Positions 51,248 through 64,000 of a DNA stretch of 64,000 nt are shown here, piece by piece. The notes beneath the pieces were generated by a model. That model saw only the letters and a list, made by a program, of their open reading frames with translations. It did not search any database and had not been told where the DNA came from. Made by a program: the position numbers and the translations under genes. The first letter of the stretch is position 1; every line of letters begins with the position of its first letter. This DNA is from Dimorphilus gyrociliatus (taxonomy: Eukaryota > Animalia > Annelida), in assembly GCA_904063045.1 (NCBI GenBank), contig CAJFCJ010000023.1, positions 186,001 through 250,000 on the forward strand, written 5' to 3'.

Positions 51248-54200
51248 CTATTGGAGGTTGGCCGTAGCGTAGCCAATGAACTTAATGTCTATAGATTTCA
51301 CTTCTGAAAGATCTATATCGGAGCTTCGATCAGGAGAAACTCTTATTTGCCAAGTTGTGTACGGTGTTATGTGGTTGATGATGTTGCGGAATGGTTTGTA
51401 AACATCCGCTTTAATGGAGACGAAACCTATGAAAAGAAAATTGTAAATAGTACGAATGGTAAATTTTAAAAAACATGAAAGAGAAACCAACCATTTTCTA
51501 AGTTATATTCGTAAGTCAGGGATAAGGGTCTCGTAAGGAAATTATAAAGCTGTCCTCTATTCTTGCCTTGGTACAATCCGGAACATTGAATTAAAATCTT
51601 TAGAATATTATTCTCTCCAGTAGACTTTGCTCCTGGTAACGTTATCTGCAATAATAAGAAATTACCTCTTTCATATCTCTCTTCTCCCTCCCTACCCTGC
51701 TATTTTTATTTTTATTATTTCGCTTACCTCCAATTCGGACACTCTGAACTTGTGAAGATCATTCAATTCCGGTCTATTAGTGTTTATTGTATATAGAATT
51801 GCTCTCTCTCTTTTCAAGAATTTCAATGGACAATCTTGTGCTTCTGAGCATTGGCCAGGCTTATCGGTTAGTTTCACGATTCTGTTAATGGTTGACGGAG
51901 AATCGGGAAGCAAAAGACCATCTCGTCTAGCCGCGTTGATTCTTAATAAAAGTTGAGAAAGTGATTCTCCAAAATTTGGTCTGGAGCTATCCTTACAAAC
52001 TTGAAGATTTTCGTAAAAGTAAGCACGGCAAAATTGTATAAGTATAGCATTCAAGTCGAGTCTAACTTCGTAGGTTTGTTCAGCCATAGCCTTTAGAACT
52101 TTATCTTTATTTCCGAAATTTTGTTCGAGAAGCTTAAATAATTCTTTGTATCTTTTATTTTCCAATTGTTTATTCTGTAGCGTAAACCTTTTTTCTAACG
52201 CATCTCTCATCAATTCAGCTTTTTCTACCATAGCTCTAGTAAGCGCCTCTCCCCAATTGCATACAATAATCAAAGAATCGCGATATTCTTGGCTACCTGG
52301 AATTAAGTTAACTGCTTCGTGGGACAGAAGAGTAACAGCAGAATTTTTAAGTAAATTCCATCGGATTACTGAAATCTGTAATCGAGATGATCTAAGGGAA
52401 AAAGGAAGGAAGGAATTAATTTAAATAAATATGATTTTACTAATTTATTTTTAAACTAATAAAAGAAACTGCACTTGAAAAAAGTTATTGTAAGAGATCA
52501 ACACCTTGTTAAAAGCCGTACCTTGTAGCTTTAAATACTACTGTACTTAATAATATGTAGTTTAAAACTGGTACAGATATTTCATTTTTATATTAATCTA
52601 TTTATCTAACTCCTTAATAACCAACCTTTCTAGTATATCAGCGTATGATTTAAGAGTTGTAGCATTATTGGCCTCTTCAAGGTCTTTCATCAAATCTTCA
52701 GACACTTGGAAAAAATGCATAACTGTCCTTACAGTATCTGCCAAATTTTTAAGGGTTTCAGCAAGTCCAATAAAACCGTCTACTAAGAAGTTAATACTCT
52801 CTTCAAGATCGTCGTGGTCAAAGTCTTCAATACCTTCAAGAACTGTTTCTATAGCTTTAACAAATTTATCTAAAGCTGTTTCAATCTGTCCGTTTGTTGC
52901 GTTCACAGTATTATTATTAAATGCTTCTCCAAAGTATAATGCATTAGCTCTAGCTTCTTCGTAATGTTTTTTCAACCTCCAATAAGTTGCGTTGGACCTT
53001 TCAATCGCGCCAAGTGAAGCTGATAAAGCCAACGAAGCATCTTCAATATTAGCATTTGAATGTATATCAATCATTTCCCTAACCTAAACGGATAAAATAT
53101 AAGATTGAATGGTTTGTTTTTTAATGATAGATACTATTTTTAATGAACCTTTTCTCTGAAATCTTGTGCATTTATTGTATCGACCAGAATAGCATTAAAG
53201 TGGCTGTCATAAATACTTATTTTGTTGTAGTAATTATCAAGAAGATGAAGGAAAAATTGCTTTGAATAGAATGGAACTGGTCTGATGTTCTTTCTCACTA
53301 TTGTTGTAATTTGGGATCTCTTGGCGTCAAGACTTCCAAATAAATCTTTAGCTTCTTCTATATCGGAAAATGCATTACCAATATAGTCCATTATAGCGAA
53401 TGCATATTGAGAGTTTGGATTCTCTTCTAGTAATATGCTAGAGCACATCCAACTTTGCCTTGCGTGAAGCATATCCTGGTTAGGTCCATGCAACTTGTAA
53501 GTGTTCATATCAAAGTCGAACATTGTAGCTTCGTTAGCAATATTAATAAATTGCGCTTTTCCATAGTTGATAAACAATTGGCGAGTTTTAATATGAAGGG
53601 AGTAAGTTAACGTGAGGCTTTCTTCAAGGAGGATGGTTTGAGCATAAATATAAACTTTTTTAGCATTTGGTCCAACGTATGTGGGTAGATTCTTTAAGTT
53701 AAAGAAAAAGAATCTCAGAATAACTTCATCATCATTGTCCTTCAATCCTTCTGGATGATATATTCTCCCGCATGGCTTGTAGCAGTCATCACTGCAGATC
53801 GGATCTTTTAACGGGATCTTTGGAGTTGTTTCGGAGTGTATAACAAGACTAAAAGAGGAGAAGTTTAGTTTCAATAAAACCAATATAAATAAGGAAATAG
53901 AAAATTTTCCCTTTCCCCTCTCCCTTCCTCCCTCTCCCAACATTTTTTTCATCAGTTTTTAGTCTATTACTTACGTCTTTGTAATGATAGAACGCAATTT
54001 TGGGTATTGACTGAATAGGCTAGTTTGAATTGCTCTAACTGACCCAGTTGGATCATATCTGAAAAAGATATTCTGTCTTTAATGAATATAAACATAAAAA
54101 GAATTAAAAATTAGCAAAAAATAATTCGGTTAGTAGGTTAAAATTTATACTTCTCAGGGATTACGTACTTTCAAAAATATAAGAGATCATCGTGGACCTC

Positions 54201-56177
54201 TTAACTCTTATCTTACCAGAAGGATAAAGACTTCCTTAGTTAATCATTTAAATAACTTTCTCAAGTACGCGACTCTCCATTAGCAATAGGAATATATTGA
54301 TAAAGACAAGCTAATTATTAAGTAACCACTTTCGATAACAAGCGTTTCTATCTTGAGTGCGTAGAAAGATTAATTATTTCTATAGGTTAACCTATCGAAA
54401 AGTCCTTTACACAGATTTATTATTGAGAACTTTGAGATAAACAAGACAGACTCTATAGTTACAGTACACTGGGTCTCATTAAAAGATTAAATATTCAATG
54501 TAAAAAATAAGAAGAGTATCTCTTAGAAATTGGAAATTTCCAAATTACATTACGTATCCATAGACACCATATAAATCAATTAAGAAAAGTTACAACAATT
54601 ACAGGCCTAATTTATTTAAATGAACCTTTTAAATTATTGCAGTACTTCTTGCCTAATTATGTAATATCTCTTATAATTTTACTTTTAGGTGTAGAAATGT
54701 GCAAAGTATCTAGTTATTACTTACAATTTTACCATATCCCTCTTATAAGGCGCAACTAATCTTTGAGCAAGTTCTGTTTCGTAAATTGCGTCGGCATTTT
54801 TTCCACCGCAATTTTCCATAAAATATCTTGGACAAGAAACGGAACATTCGCTCTCTTGTACAGATGTTGCTGGAAATTCATCGGAACATTTACAATCTCC
54901 TTCTCTAACGGAAGCATACATTTTGTTGTTTTTAGCGCAAGCTTCAATACAATGTCGTGCTGCTTGTGGATTTCTCTTATCCCATAGGATTGTATTAAAA
55001 GCACTCTGATAACATCCATTATATCTAGGATCTATTGAAAAAAAAAAGTGAAATAATAATATAAAGTCCCAATTAAATGTTAATTTCTCACCTTTGGGAA
55101 CATTATAAACGTTATTAGCATTTTCTCCACCGCAAATTTGTCCTCCATTTCCAGGACAATGTTTATTACAATTATCGGCAGTTGAATGCTTTCTATGAAG
55201 GTTATTTCCACAAAAGCAATCTCTCGCATTCTAAGGAAGAAGAAAAGCACGTTTTTCTCTATTATTGCGAGAATTCCTTTTTTTTTATTAATTTAATTAT
55301 GTAAATATAATGAAAAGAGGTAAAAAATTTTCATCTTTCCCATCTTTACCATTCATCTTCCTTTTATCATTTATCTTTTTTAATATATACGTTTTTTCTG
55401 TTCTACATATATTAACCTACTTTAAAACTTTGTAATCTTCTAATTTTTATAGAATGATTACTTTATAAAATAAGAAATGGATTAATTATAAATCGTACGA
55501 TATTATGGTTCGATTAATGACGTCTTTCTCACGATTTCTTTCTATTTTATTTACTATTTTTTTTTTAAATATAAACAGAAAGAAAGTGAGATAAATTTGT
55601 TATAAATAAATATTTAATATCGTATGTTGTATGTTTTTTTTATATCTTTCTTTTTTAAGTAATGTACGATATCGATGGTTCGATATTATCGTTTGATAGT
55701 TTGTTACCTGCACACCAGCAAATCTAAAGCCTTGTTGTCGACATCCATCAATACAACTTTTTATTGTGTTCGTATCAGAAGCCCAGATGTGTTGAGGGAG
55801 GTCTTTATCATCTGCTTTGTCCTTAAAGCAGCCCAAGTGTAGTTTGTCTAGTACAGTATTTTTTTCGTCTATTTTTTTCGAATCTAAACGTTATGGAGGT
55901 TGAATAAAAATAGAATGAAAATGAAAGAAATATGAAAAAGAGTGAAAGTAGTGTACAAGTATTAAAGAAATGGAAATTGATATTTAATTGATCTCCTTAC
56001 CATTTTCAAGATGTTTCGCAATATAAGATGCTGAATAGCCTATAAAAATAATTTTAAAAGATTGATAATAGTATTAATATGCTATTTAATTGACATCTTT
56101 CCAAATAACTTACATGTATTTACGAGAAAAACTGCAGCGATAGAGGCAACGAAAAGGAAATATTGCCGGTGGAACAT
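51248..56177 (-). CDS. Secreted 2xWSC protein with a large helical plus beta-sandwich toxin-like C-terminal region (paralog A, glycerotoxin-like)
   Basis: Signal peptide MFHRQYFLFVASIAAVFLVNT, then two WSC domains (GCFKD...C...C...GFRFAGVQ...CFCG...CGG). The remainder aligns with the 58-62 kb gene ([54 protein letters not shown]). Stop at 51248. Confidence 0.88.
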
Positions 56178-57860
56178 CTTGAATTCAAACTTACTGCTGT
56201 TTAAAAAACCTCACTTAAGCAGTAAGTAATCGATTAAAGCCGATACCAGACAATCGTATTACTTATCTAGATTATCAAAATGTAATCTTTACGAATTATC
56301 CTATTGCTTTAAGTCTTTCGGCATTAACCTTGAGTTAGCATTGCTAGTAATTATCATATTATCTTTACTACGTAAAGAACAAAGTTAGATAGTTATATTA
56401 TCTATGAAAATTTAAATCGACTATTATTTACTCACGAAAAGTAATGAATTTACGTTTAAACTGATAATTACATTCAAAGAATTTAGAGTAAATACTGTTT
56501 TGAAATAAAATTACCAACTAAATAATAGAAACCCCGCGTTTTAAATAACTTGTTGACCTGGTTAAGTAATTCATTGTTAATAAAATAAACATTTTAGTAC
56601 AAAATATAAAAGAAAATATACTAAGATCATATCATATATACATCATTTCTTTAAATATTTAACAAAATCTTCAATTTCTCGCACTTTCTTCATATTATTT
56701 ATTTAATATTGCATAGAAGGAATACATCAGAACTAATACAGTAGGACAAAAAGTGAATATTGTCTATTTAGGAGATCAAAGTTTATTAAAACAACTTTCG
56801 CATGTACTATGAACGTTTGATATTCTGGAAATGGGTACACACGTACTCGTATTTTAAAAATGTAAAGAAATAAACTATATACACGTCTATATAGTTAATT
56901 GAAAATTATTTTGAATCTAACAATTAACTGAAAGAGTTGGACTCTATAAAAGTTCATATTCTCTAATGAAAAGTTATCTTTTTGAACGAACGATAAAGAT
57001 AGTTTACTATTACGAAAAGAATAATTTATATTAATCACAATAGAATTGAATTTTATGTTAAACATTATAAATAATTGAATATTGAAAATAATGCGTTTCT
57101 CCACTTATATATAAACTGTTAAAGTATGAATAATAACAGAAATTTTACACTTTCACCTATTAATTCATGTAATAAATATTTATAATTTGATAGTTATAGT
57201 CGTTCAAGTAAACATCAGACAGGTTTGTCTAACAGACAGGATTTAAGAGTTCATAAATTAAAATTTCTTATCAGACACATTAACATTTAACGCAAGGTTG
57301 AACATAACTTATAATCATAATTGCACACTTTAAACTACAATAAGCGATAAGTCACGTATATTATCATCCTAAAAATACGACATTTTTTTACTTCTTTCTG
57401 TTATCATTTTCGCCTCAAAAATTCATTTTTGATAAATTTTGAATATTCTCTTTAGCCCTAACTTTGATTATAAACTTTGTTTGTTAAAAAATAACAAAGA
57501 TATTAATCTGATAATCTTTTAATTAATTTTTAAATTGTCTATCTATTTATGTAGATATGATTTTCTTTTAATTCATATATAAAAGGTTAAAGTATTCAAG
57601 AAGAAATGAGTAATGAAAAATGATTCAATTAAAAGTTAATAACAATTCAATTCTTATTTAAGATTATAAAATATATAATTTCTTCTTTCATCTCATTTTT
57701 ACGACGAATTTTCTAATTTTTTTCTAAATAGGTCCAATGATCAGTTGATAAGATATTCTATTTGATTGAAATTCTCATATCTACTAATGAATAAACCAGC
57801 TGATTATTTATCACTTAGTTATAAAAACCGACAATCAAATGTTTCAAAGTTACTTGCAGG

Positions 57861-60800
57861 ATGCGGCTTGTAATTCTCTTAGCTGTTGTAGTGGTCAGCG
57901 CTTTAGGTAATCAATCTATTAGTCTCTCTTAATCAATCGTTTTTACTCTCTATCATAGAACGTTACTATCTATGATAATAATTACTTTTTTTAGTCTATT
58001 ATTGTTTTTTTTTTTAAATAGGCGCTCCTCAAGCAAAATCGTCACCAAATGAAGTAGGAACTAGAACCAGAGAAGGTTTCTTAAACGGTGGAAAATGGAG
58101 ATGTACTTGGCATTTGAGTGGTTTTTCCTGTAGAGACGGAGATTTTCATTGCCCATGTGCTAACGGACATCAAGGATCTAATAAAATTGGCTGCTGTTAC
58201 AAATTTCCAAGGTTCGCTATCTATACCTAGAAATTCTATTTCATTTACATTTTACTTAGCATAAACGTATTTGAATATTTGTAGATGCGGTGAAATTTGC
58301 AACAAAAATACCAACTGCGACAGATATAAAAACTGTCATTCCTGCAGAAATAATGTTGGTGAACACGATAAAGTAAACGTCTGCAATACCTGCAAACCTG
58401 GTTGGGCTCTAGGTGCTGGAAATTGTCATCAAGGTATTATTTTAATTGTTTTTTAAGCTTACTAATTTGATAATTGACCGAAATAGAAATTTAATATAAT
58501 CATTATCTTATATTTTCATAAAGATATTGATGAATGTTTATCTCAAAATGGTAAATGTGATCATAAATGTCACAATACTCCTGGATCATACCATTGTACC
58601 TGTAATGATGGTTACAAGCTTGGAGAAGATAAACACAGTTGCGAAAGTAAGTACTTCGATCTATAATCAAAAAATTTTTATCTCAAAAATTTTTAACGAT
58701 AGGACTTAGCTGTGGAGACCCAGGTCCATTGGCAAACGGTGCTGTTCAAGCTACTGACAACTGGATGCACGACAGTTTTGCCAAATATTCCTGTCAGGGA
58801 AAAGGTGTTCTAGTTGGTTACGCCCAAAGAAAATGTCTCGGACAAGGAAGTTCTGTTTCATGGCAAGGAAGCGCTCCTGTCTGCAGAGGTAAAAATAAAC
58901 AATTACTTTTATTCTTGTTTTCTAATTTTAACATGAAATTTTTCCTATACATAGACAAATGTGAAATACCTGGTGAAATTCGTCGTGGATGCGGTCCTCT
59001 TGGAATAACAGAGGAAGGATGTCAACAATACGGTTGCTGCTACAAAACAGATCCTAATCCAGCTGTACCGAAATGCTACCATACTCCAGATCCCGCATTT
59101 ATAAAATTTGGAGGAATAAAACCAAAGCCCAACCATGGTAATGGCTTCTATAGTCAACCAGAATCGACCGTAGAAGGCTGTAACTTTGATTGTCAATTTG
59201 CTAACAATCTTCAATGTAAATCATTCGGTATGCGTAAAACTGGAGAATCAACACCTGCTAATATTATTCATCATAATTGCCATCTTCAAACAAAATCCGT
59301 CAGCCAATTCAATACGTCTAATGAACTCGAAGCAGATCCCAATTACGATTTATACGAAATTACTAGAGATGATTTTGTTACTCAATCCCAAAAATCTAAT
59401 ACTGTTGAACACATGTTTGAAGGATGTTTTAAAGAAGATACTAACAAGCTCGATTTTGAAGATCATATTTGGACAAGCACAAATAGAGTAACCATTCAGC
59501 ACTGTATAAAAGACTGTAGAGATCACGGTTACAGCTATGCAGCTCTTCGTGGTGGAAATATGTGCTCTTGCACCAATAATAAACATAGATTTCATGGAAC
59601 AAGCACAGAGTGTAATATAAAATGTAGCCAAAACGAGGAACAAATCTGTGGTGGTACATCGTCTAATTCTGTATATGCTGTTGATGTTAACAGAAATTTC
59701 ATTGGATGCTTCAGTGACATTGGAAATGACAGAGATTTGTCAAATAAAAGATGGGATGTAGATGCTGGCAAATCAGCTTTTGATTGTGTCCAAAAATGTA
59801 AATACGACGGATTCTTGTTCGCTGGTGTTCAAAATGGTGGTGCTTGTTATTGCGGTAATTCGTACGGTAGACACGGAGCAGCATCTGGCGAAGACAAATG
59901 CTCGTCAAAATGCAAGGGATGGCATTTGGAAAACTGCGGTGCTCGATTACAAAACGCAATCTATAATACAGAAAAACCATTTGAATATAAAAGTCCAGCA
60001 ATTAGCAAAGAGGCTACAAGAATATTTATCGAAGATGCTACTGGTATCCCAACAAAGATTTTCTCTGATTTCCCTCTATTGAAAACTGTAGTTAGTAAAA
60101 GATTGATCATCGACGCTGGTGAAGCACCAGCTATCCCTCTTACCGATCCTGAATGTGCAGAAGATTGTTACAAACCTTGCGGAAATATTTATCAACCAGA
60201 AGGTCTTATCGAAACTGGAGAGCATGTAACAGTTAGATACCTTTTCTTAGATTTAGCTACTTTGCCAACCATTGTTAGAGAAATGAATGGAAAATCTTCG
60301 GCGAAAAGCGTAAAAGTTTACGCTCAAACTGTTCTAATTAATCAAGATGTTGAAGTTGATTTCGCACTTATGATCAAGGCTAGACAAATTCTATTGGATC
60401 GCTCTAAGGCACAAAAAATCACCGTTCGTACTGCATCGGAACCCTTCAAATTTGATCTTAGCAAAGCAGTACATGATGGTGCCCCTACCGATACTTTCTT
60501 CTACAAACAAAGCTACATGTGCGCTAGAATCCTTATCGAAACAAAAGAAAAGAAGCATAAGAATATTGCTTGGAAGATTATACAAGGAATCGTTGACGAC
60601 TCTCCAGCCGCTATAAGTAAAGAAGATAAAAAGTATATTGAAGCTGTCAGAGGATTTAGAACAGAGATGAGAGGAATCCAAAGAGAAGATGTTCATTTCG
60701 TTCCTTTTTATACCAAAACCTATATGGCTGAAATATTGAAGAACTATTATGAAAAAATTACCATTTACAAAGCAGGTATATCAATTGTTTAATTAGTCTC

Positions 60801-62616
60801 TTCGACATATCCTTAAATATGACTTTCAATTTTATTAATTAAAACAAATTAAACAGATTTCGACCGTCTATCCACAACCGAAGGAGCAGCTTTCGTCTCA
60901 GCCGTTGAAGGTATGTTGAGAATTAATGTCAACACCGATATTGCTGAAGCCCGATCCAGTTTTGAAGCATCTATAAATGCTCTAACTAGATCTAATTTGA
61001 CTTTTGTTCGTATTACCCAACACTATGGTTATGCTAGAACTAGATTGGAAACTGCTAGAGTAGATTTTGAAAATGGAATCAAGGAACAACAAGGCTGGGC
61101 CATAGCCGGTGCAGTTTTGGGTTTTGTTAAAGGAATTGTTGGAGTTGTTTTCGGCGCCGTATCAATCAAGGTTGATCCAATAGGTGTGTATATTTTTTAC
61201 CTTTTCAATTCAATAATTTAGACATCTCCGTAACTGGAATCGTTTTTTTCCTCCCACGAAAAAAGGTGGCCTAGACCAAGTTATATCAAATGTTCAAGAG
61301 ATGATTGAAACAATGAAGAATTTGGCTGCTAGTATGGCTCAAATCAATGCGTTTATGGAGACGATAGATATCGCTATGCGCGAATTGGAGGATTTGGAAG
61401 GGGAATATGATTTCTCTAGATATATGCATTCTATCGAAATGACCGCTCAACTTAGAGTAAATATCATTAAATGGAAAAACCTTAGAAATTCTGCCAACAC
61501 TCTTCTCACTAGTCCATCTATTGTCAATGTTAGAGGTTCCGCAAATTATAGAAGAAGATTTTTGGATCTTAGCAATTGGGGTGAAGCTCTTACCAAGACC
61601 GCTGTAGAAAGAGCCGAAATGGTTAGACAAGCTCTCCGTAAAAGAATGCTTTTGGAGTCTAAACAGGAACAAGCCAAGAGATATGAAAAATATGTTGAAG
61701 ACTTGAAAAAGGGAATTTTATCCAACATAGCTGTTAGAGCTTTTATGGCCCAACAAACTTACGATATTCGTCTTGATCTTAACGAGGCTTTGATCACCTT
61801 CTGCAGAGCGTTCTTTTACGAAAATCTTGGAAACTGTAGAGCTCACTATAGACCACAATTCGGTGGATCTCTCTCCGATCTCCTTCTCAGAATCAACGCA
61901 GCTAGAAGAGATGCCCTATTTCTTCCCGACGCTCCATCAACCGTGAGGAGAGAAATTGTGATAAAGGACACCGATAATGATCCAGATTGTACTGATTCCG
62001 AAGCATGCCCTTTGAACTACTTAAAGAAGAACAGACAAATCATTTGGACACTTCCAACCAATCACCAAGCTATTTCAGATTTATTTAAATATAGAGTCGC
62101 TGAAATCAGACTAAATTTTGTTGGTGCGAAGAAAACTGGTCAAAACTCTAAATTGAAGGTTCAAATCGAAAGTAGCGGTGACTTTAAAGGACGCTCGAAG
62201 GATGCTAGCTATAATTTTATAACAAGAGCTCTAAGATTGACATACGAATATGATTTGGATACTTGTAAGTAGAAAACACAATATTATTTCCATTGTTGAT
62301 AAATAACATTATCAAATATATAATTAAACGCTTTTCTTCTTCTTCTATCCAATCTTTTAATAATTAATGAAATCAATTTGAATATCTTAATCATTGGCTT
62401 TCTTTTTTTATAGCTGAAATTTCTATCCATGCCGATGTCTACAGACCATTTAGAAATATTGTTAGTCATATAACTCCTTATACAACATGGATCCTGAGAA
62501 TATCCGATGATAGAAGTCGTGATATAGACCTTTCAGAAGTAACAGAATTAAGAATGAGACTCGACGGAAGTGCTGTTGATGGTGAAAATAAGAAGTTTAT
62601 GCAGTCACAAAATTAA
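57861..62616 (+). CDS. Secreted Cys-rich/cbEGF/CCP/trefoil/PAN/2xWSC protein with a toxin-like C-terminal region (paralog B, glycerotoxin-like)
   Basis: Signal peptide [15 protein letters not shown], followed by [16 protein letters not shown] (cbEGF), [10 protein letters not shown]...WQGSAPVC (CCP), [18 protein letters not shown] (trefoil), a PAN-like segment and two WSC domains. The C-terminal region is shared with paralog A. The last exon ends ...KFMQSQN* at 62616. Confidence 0.9.
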
Positions 62617-63498
62617 CTAGCATATATATCTTCATAATCCAATAATTATTACGTTCCACTTGTAAAAGTATAATAAATATCCATTTAATTGCTGCAAAAA
62701 ACAAAATAACATATAGAAAGAGCAACAACGCATAATAACAAGTTTATTAATAATAATCATATTAATAATAATCATCATCATTATCGTCATTTGTCCGTTT
62801 GAAACTATTTTTGTTATTAAGAAGAAAAATCCTTTGGGTAGTTTATTTCTATTATTTATCTCTACTTTCAAATAAAAAGAAGAGAAATCTTCATTAAAGT
62901 TTGCCAGAAAAGAAAGAGGAACGGGTATATAATGTTTATAATACAGTATATATACAGTATATATATTAAATCTATATATATATTTATTACAAATTGCATA
63001 AAAAACATCTCATTTTTGTTTATATAAGAAATAATAAAGTCTTTTCTTTTAACAATTTTATTAATCCCCTGTAGCTTTTAAGAATTTTTTTCCGGATTAG
63101 GGATTAGGGGCTAATCTTATTCTAATTTTTCTAGATAAAACTTCTTTAATTAATAAACCTACAGTATTTGAATAGGAATAGGTCATATAAGATATTTTAA
63201 TGTGAATACGTCATTAAAATAAACAGGTAATTAAGATTGAAAGAGTTGAATACCTTATGAAAAGCCAAGAAAAAGGAAAATTTCTCCAAGGGAATAACAA
63301 GAGCAATGATAATTAACTAATGAAAAACGTATTTTCTTAATTATAATACTCTAATACAATTACAGTATAATTAATTTATGTCTAAATTTAATAGAAGAGT
63401 TTGAATGAAGGATGGAAGATAAAATATATAGTAATAGTAAGCATAATAGCTATATGCTCAAGTATTCGTATACTTTAATTTTTTTATTATGGCTACAG

Positions 63499-63739
63499 TT
63501 AGAAGCCTATTGGAACTTGTCCATCGGAAGGCAGACCTAAATCTTCATATCCCATTCTTATCTCGAGTAAAAATAGTTTCGCTAACCAAAGCTTTAACTG
63601 AACCTGTTAATCTTAATTGGACACTTAAGATACAAATTTGCAAAGTCACATACGTGTGTTATCCTTCCTTTATGTATTAATATTAGTCTTTTTTATTTCT
63701 TGGTGATACGTTCGTTTAAAATATTTGAAGTATATATGA
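63499..63739 (-). CDS. Probable last two exons of an unidentified gene entering from the right edge
   Basis: An open frame across a ~50-nt GT-AG intron reads SYILQIFKRTYHQEIKRLILIHKGRITH|VQLKLWLAKLFLLEIRMGYEDLGLPSDGQVPIGF*. No family recognised. Confidence 0.35.
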
Positions 63740-64000
63740 CTAATTTAAATATTTATGTTTTTGGTTTAGGCTTTGATTTTAATCTTTTGTCTTGAAAATA
63801 ACGAAGACATTAATCATATCATGAAATATAACAGATAAATCTATCTATAGGCAAGCTTAGACCTTATAAAGTTAGCAGAGAAATAATTCATTATACTTTA
63901 ATTACTTCAAAATGGACTTTATTTTTATATAGGATTCTAGATTAAAAATAGAAAGTTCTCATTCTAAAGACAAAGGGAATGTTATTGCTTAAAAATTTAA

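Noticed and set aside
54170-54730. Possible hidden exon or nested gene in the long intron of paralog A
   Set aside because: Frames on both strands close quickly and show no recognisable homology.
63093-63112. TTAGGG-containing stretch (GGATTAGGGATTAGGGG)
   Set aside because: Only two interrupted copies; not a telomeric array.
1-64000. Transposons, CRISPR arrays, rRNA and prokaryotic systems
   Set aside because: No transposase or reverse-transcriptase motifs, terminal repeats, spacer arrays or rRNA-like sequence seen; the window is intron-rich eukaryotic DNA.

Overview
AT-rich eukaryotic (invertebrate) genomic DNA with densely packed genes and very short GT-AG introns, mostly about 45-110 nt. 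The ORF track shows only exon fragments, so I assembled gene models by hand from splice signals and reading frame. The tiny introns and gene families suggest a compact-genome lophotrochozoan such as a meiofaunal annelid (inference only). Left to right: a SPATS2-like gene running off the left edge; tRNA-Ala(AGC); a giant GRL101/LGR-type GPCR (kringle, F-type lectin, F5/8C, 2xFN2, trefoil, 2xCUB, C-type lectin, LDLa, Caspr-type fibrinogen-like, LRR, 7TM) with a degenerate kinase-like tail; a degenerate carnosine N-methyltransferase (N2227) unit that may be spliced onto that tail; a convergent ephrin-receptor-like-repeat/EGF type I receptor with an ITAM-like motif; GRAMD4; a divergent sigma-1 receptor paralog; a D-2-hydroxyacid dehydrogenase; a small three-repeat beta-trefoil protein; a canonical sigma-1 receptor; sphingomyelin synthase; a head-to-head pair of secreted WSC-domain paralogs with a shared toxin-like C-terminal region (glycerotoxin-like by recalled architecture); and probable last exons of a gene at the right edge. 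The best candidates for novelty are the receptor-pseudokinase-methyltransferase unit and the toxin-like pair, in which only one partner keeps a hydrophobic hairpin.
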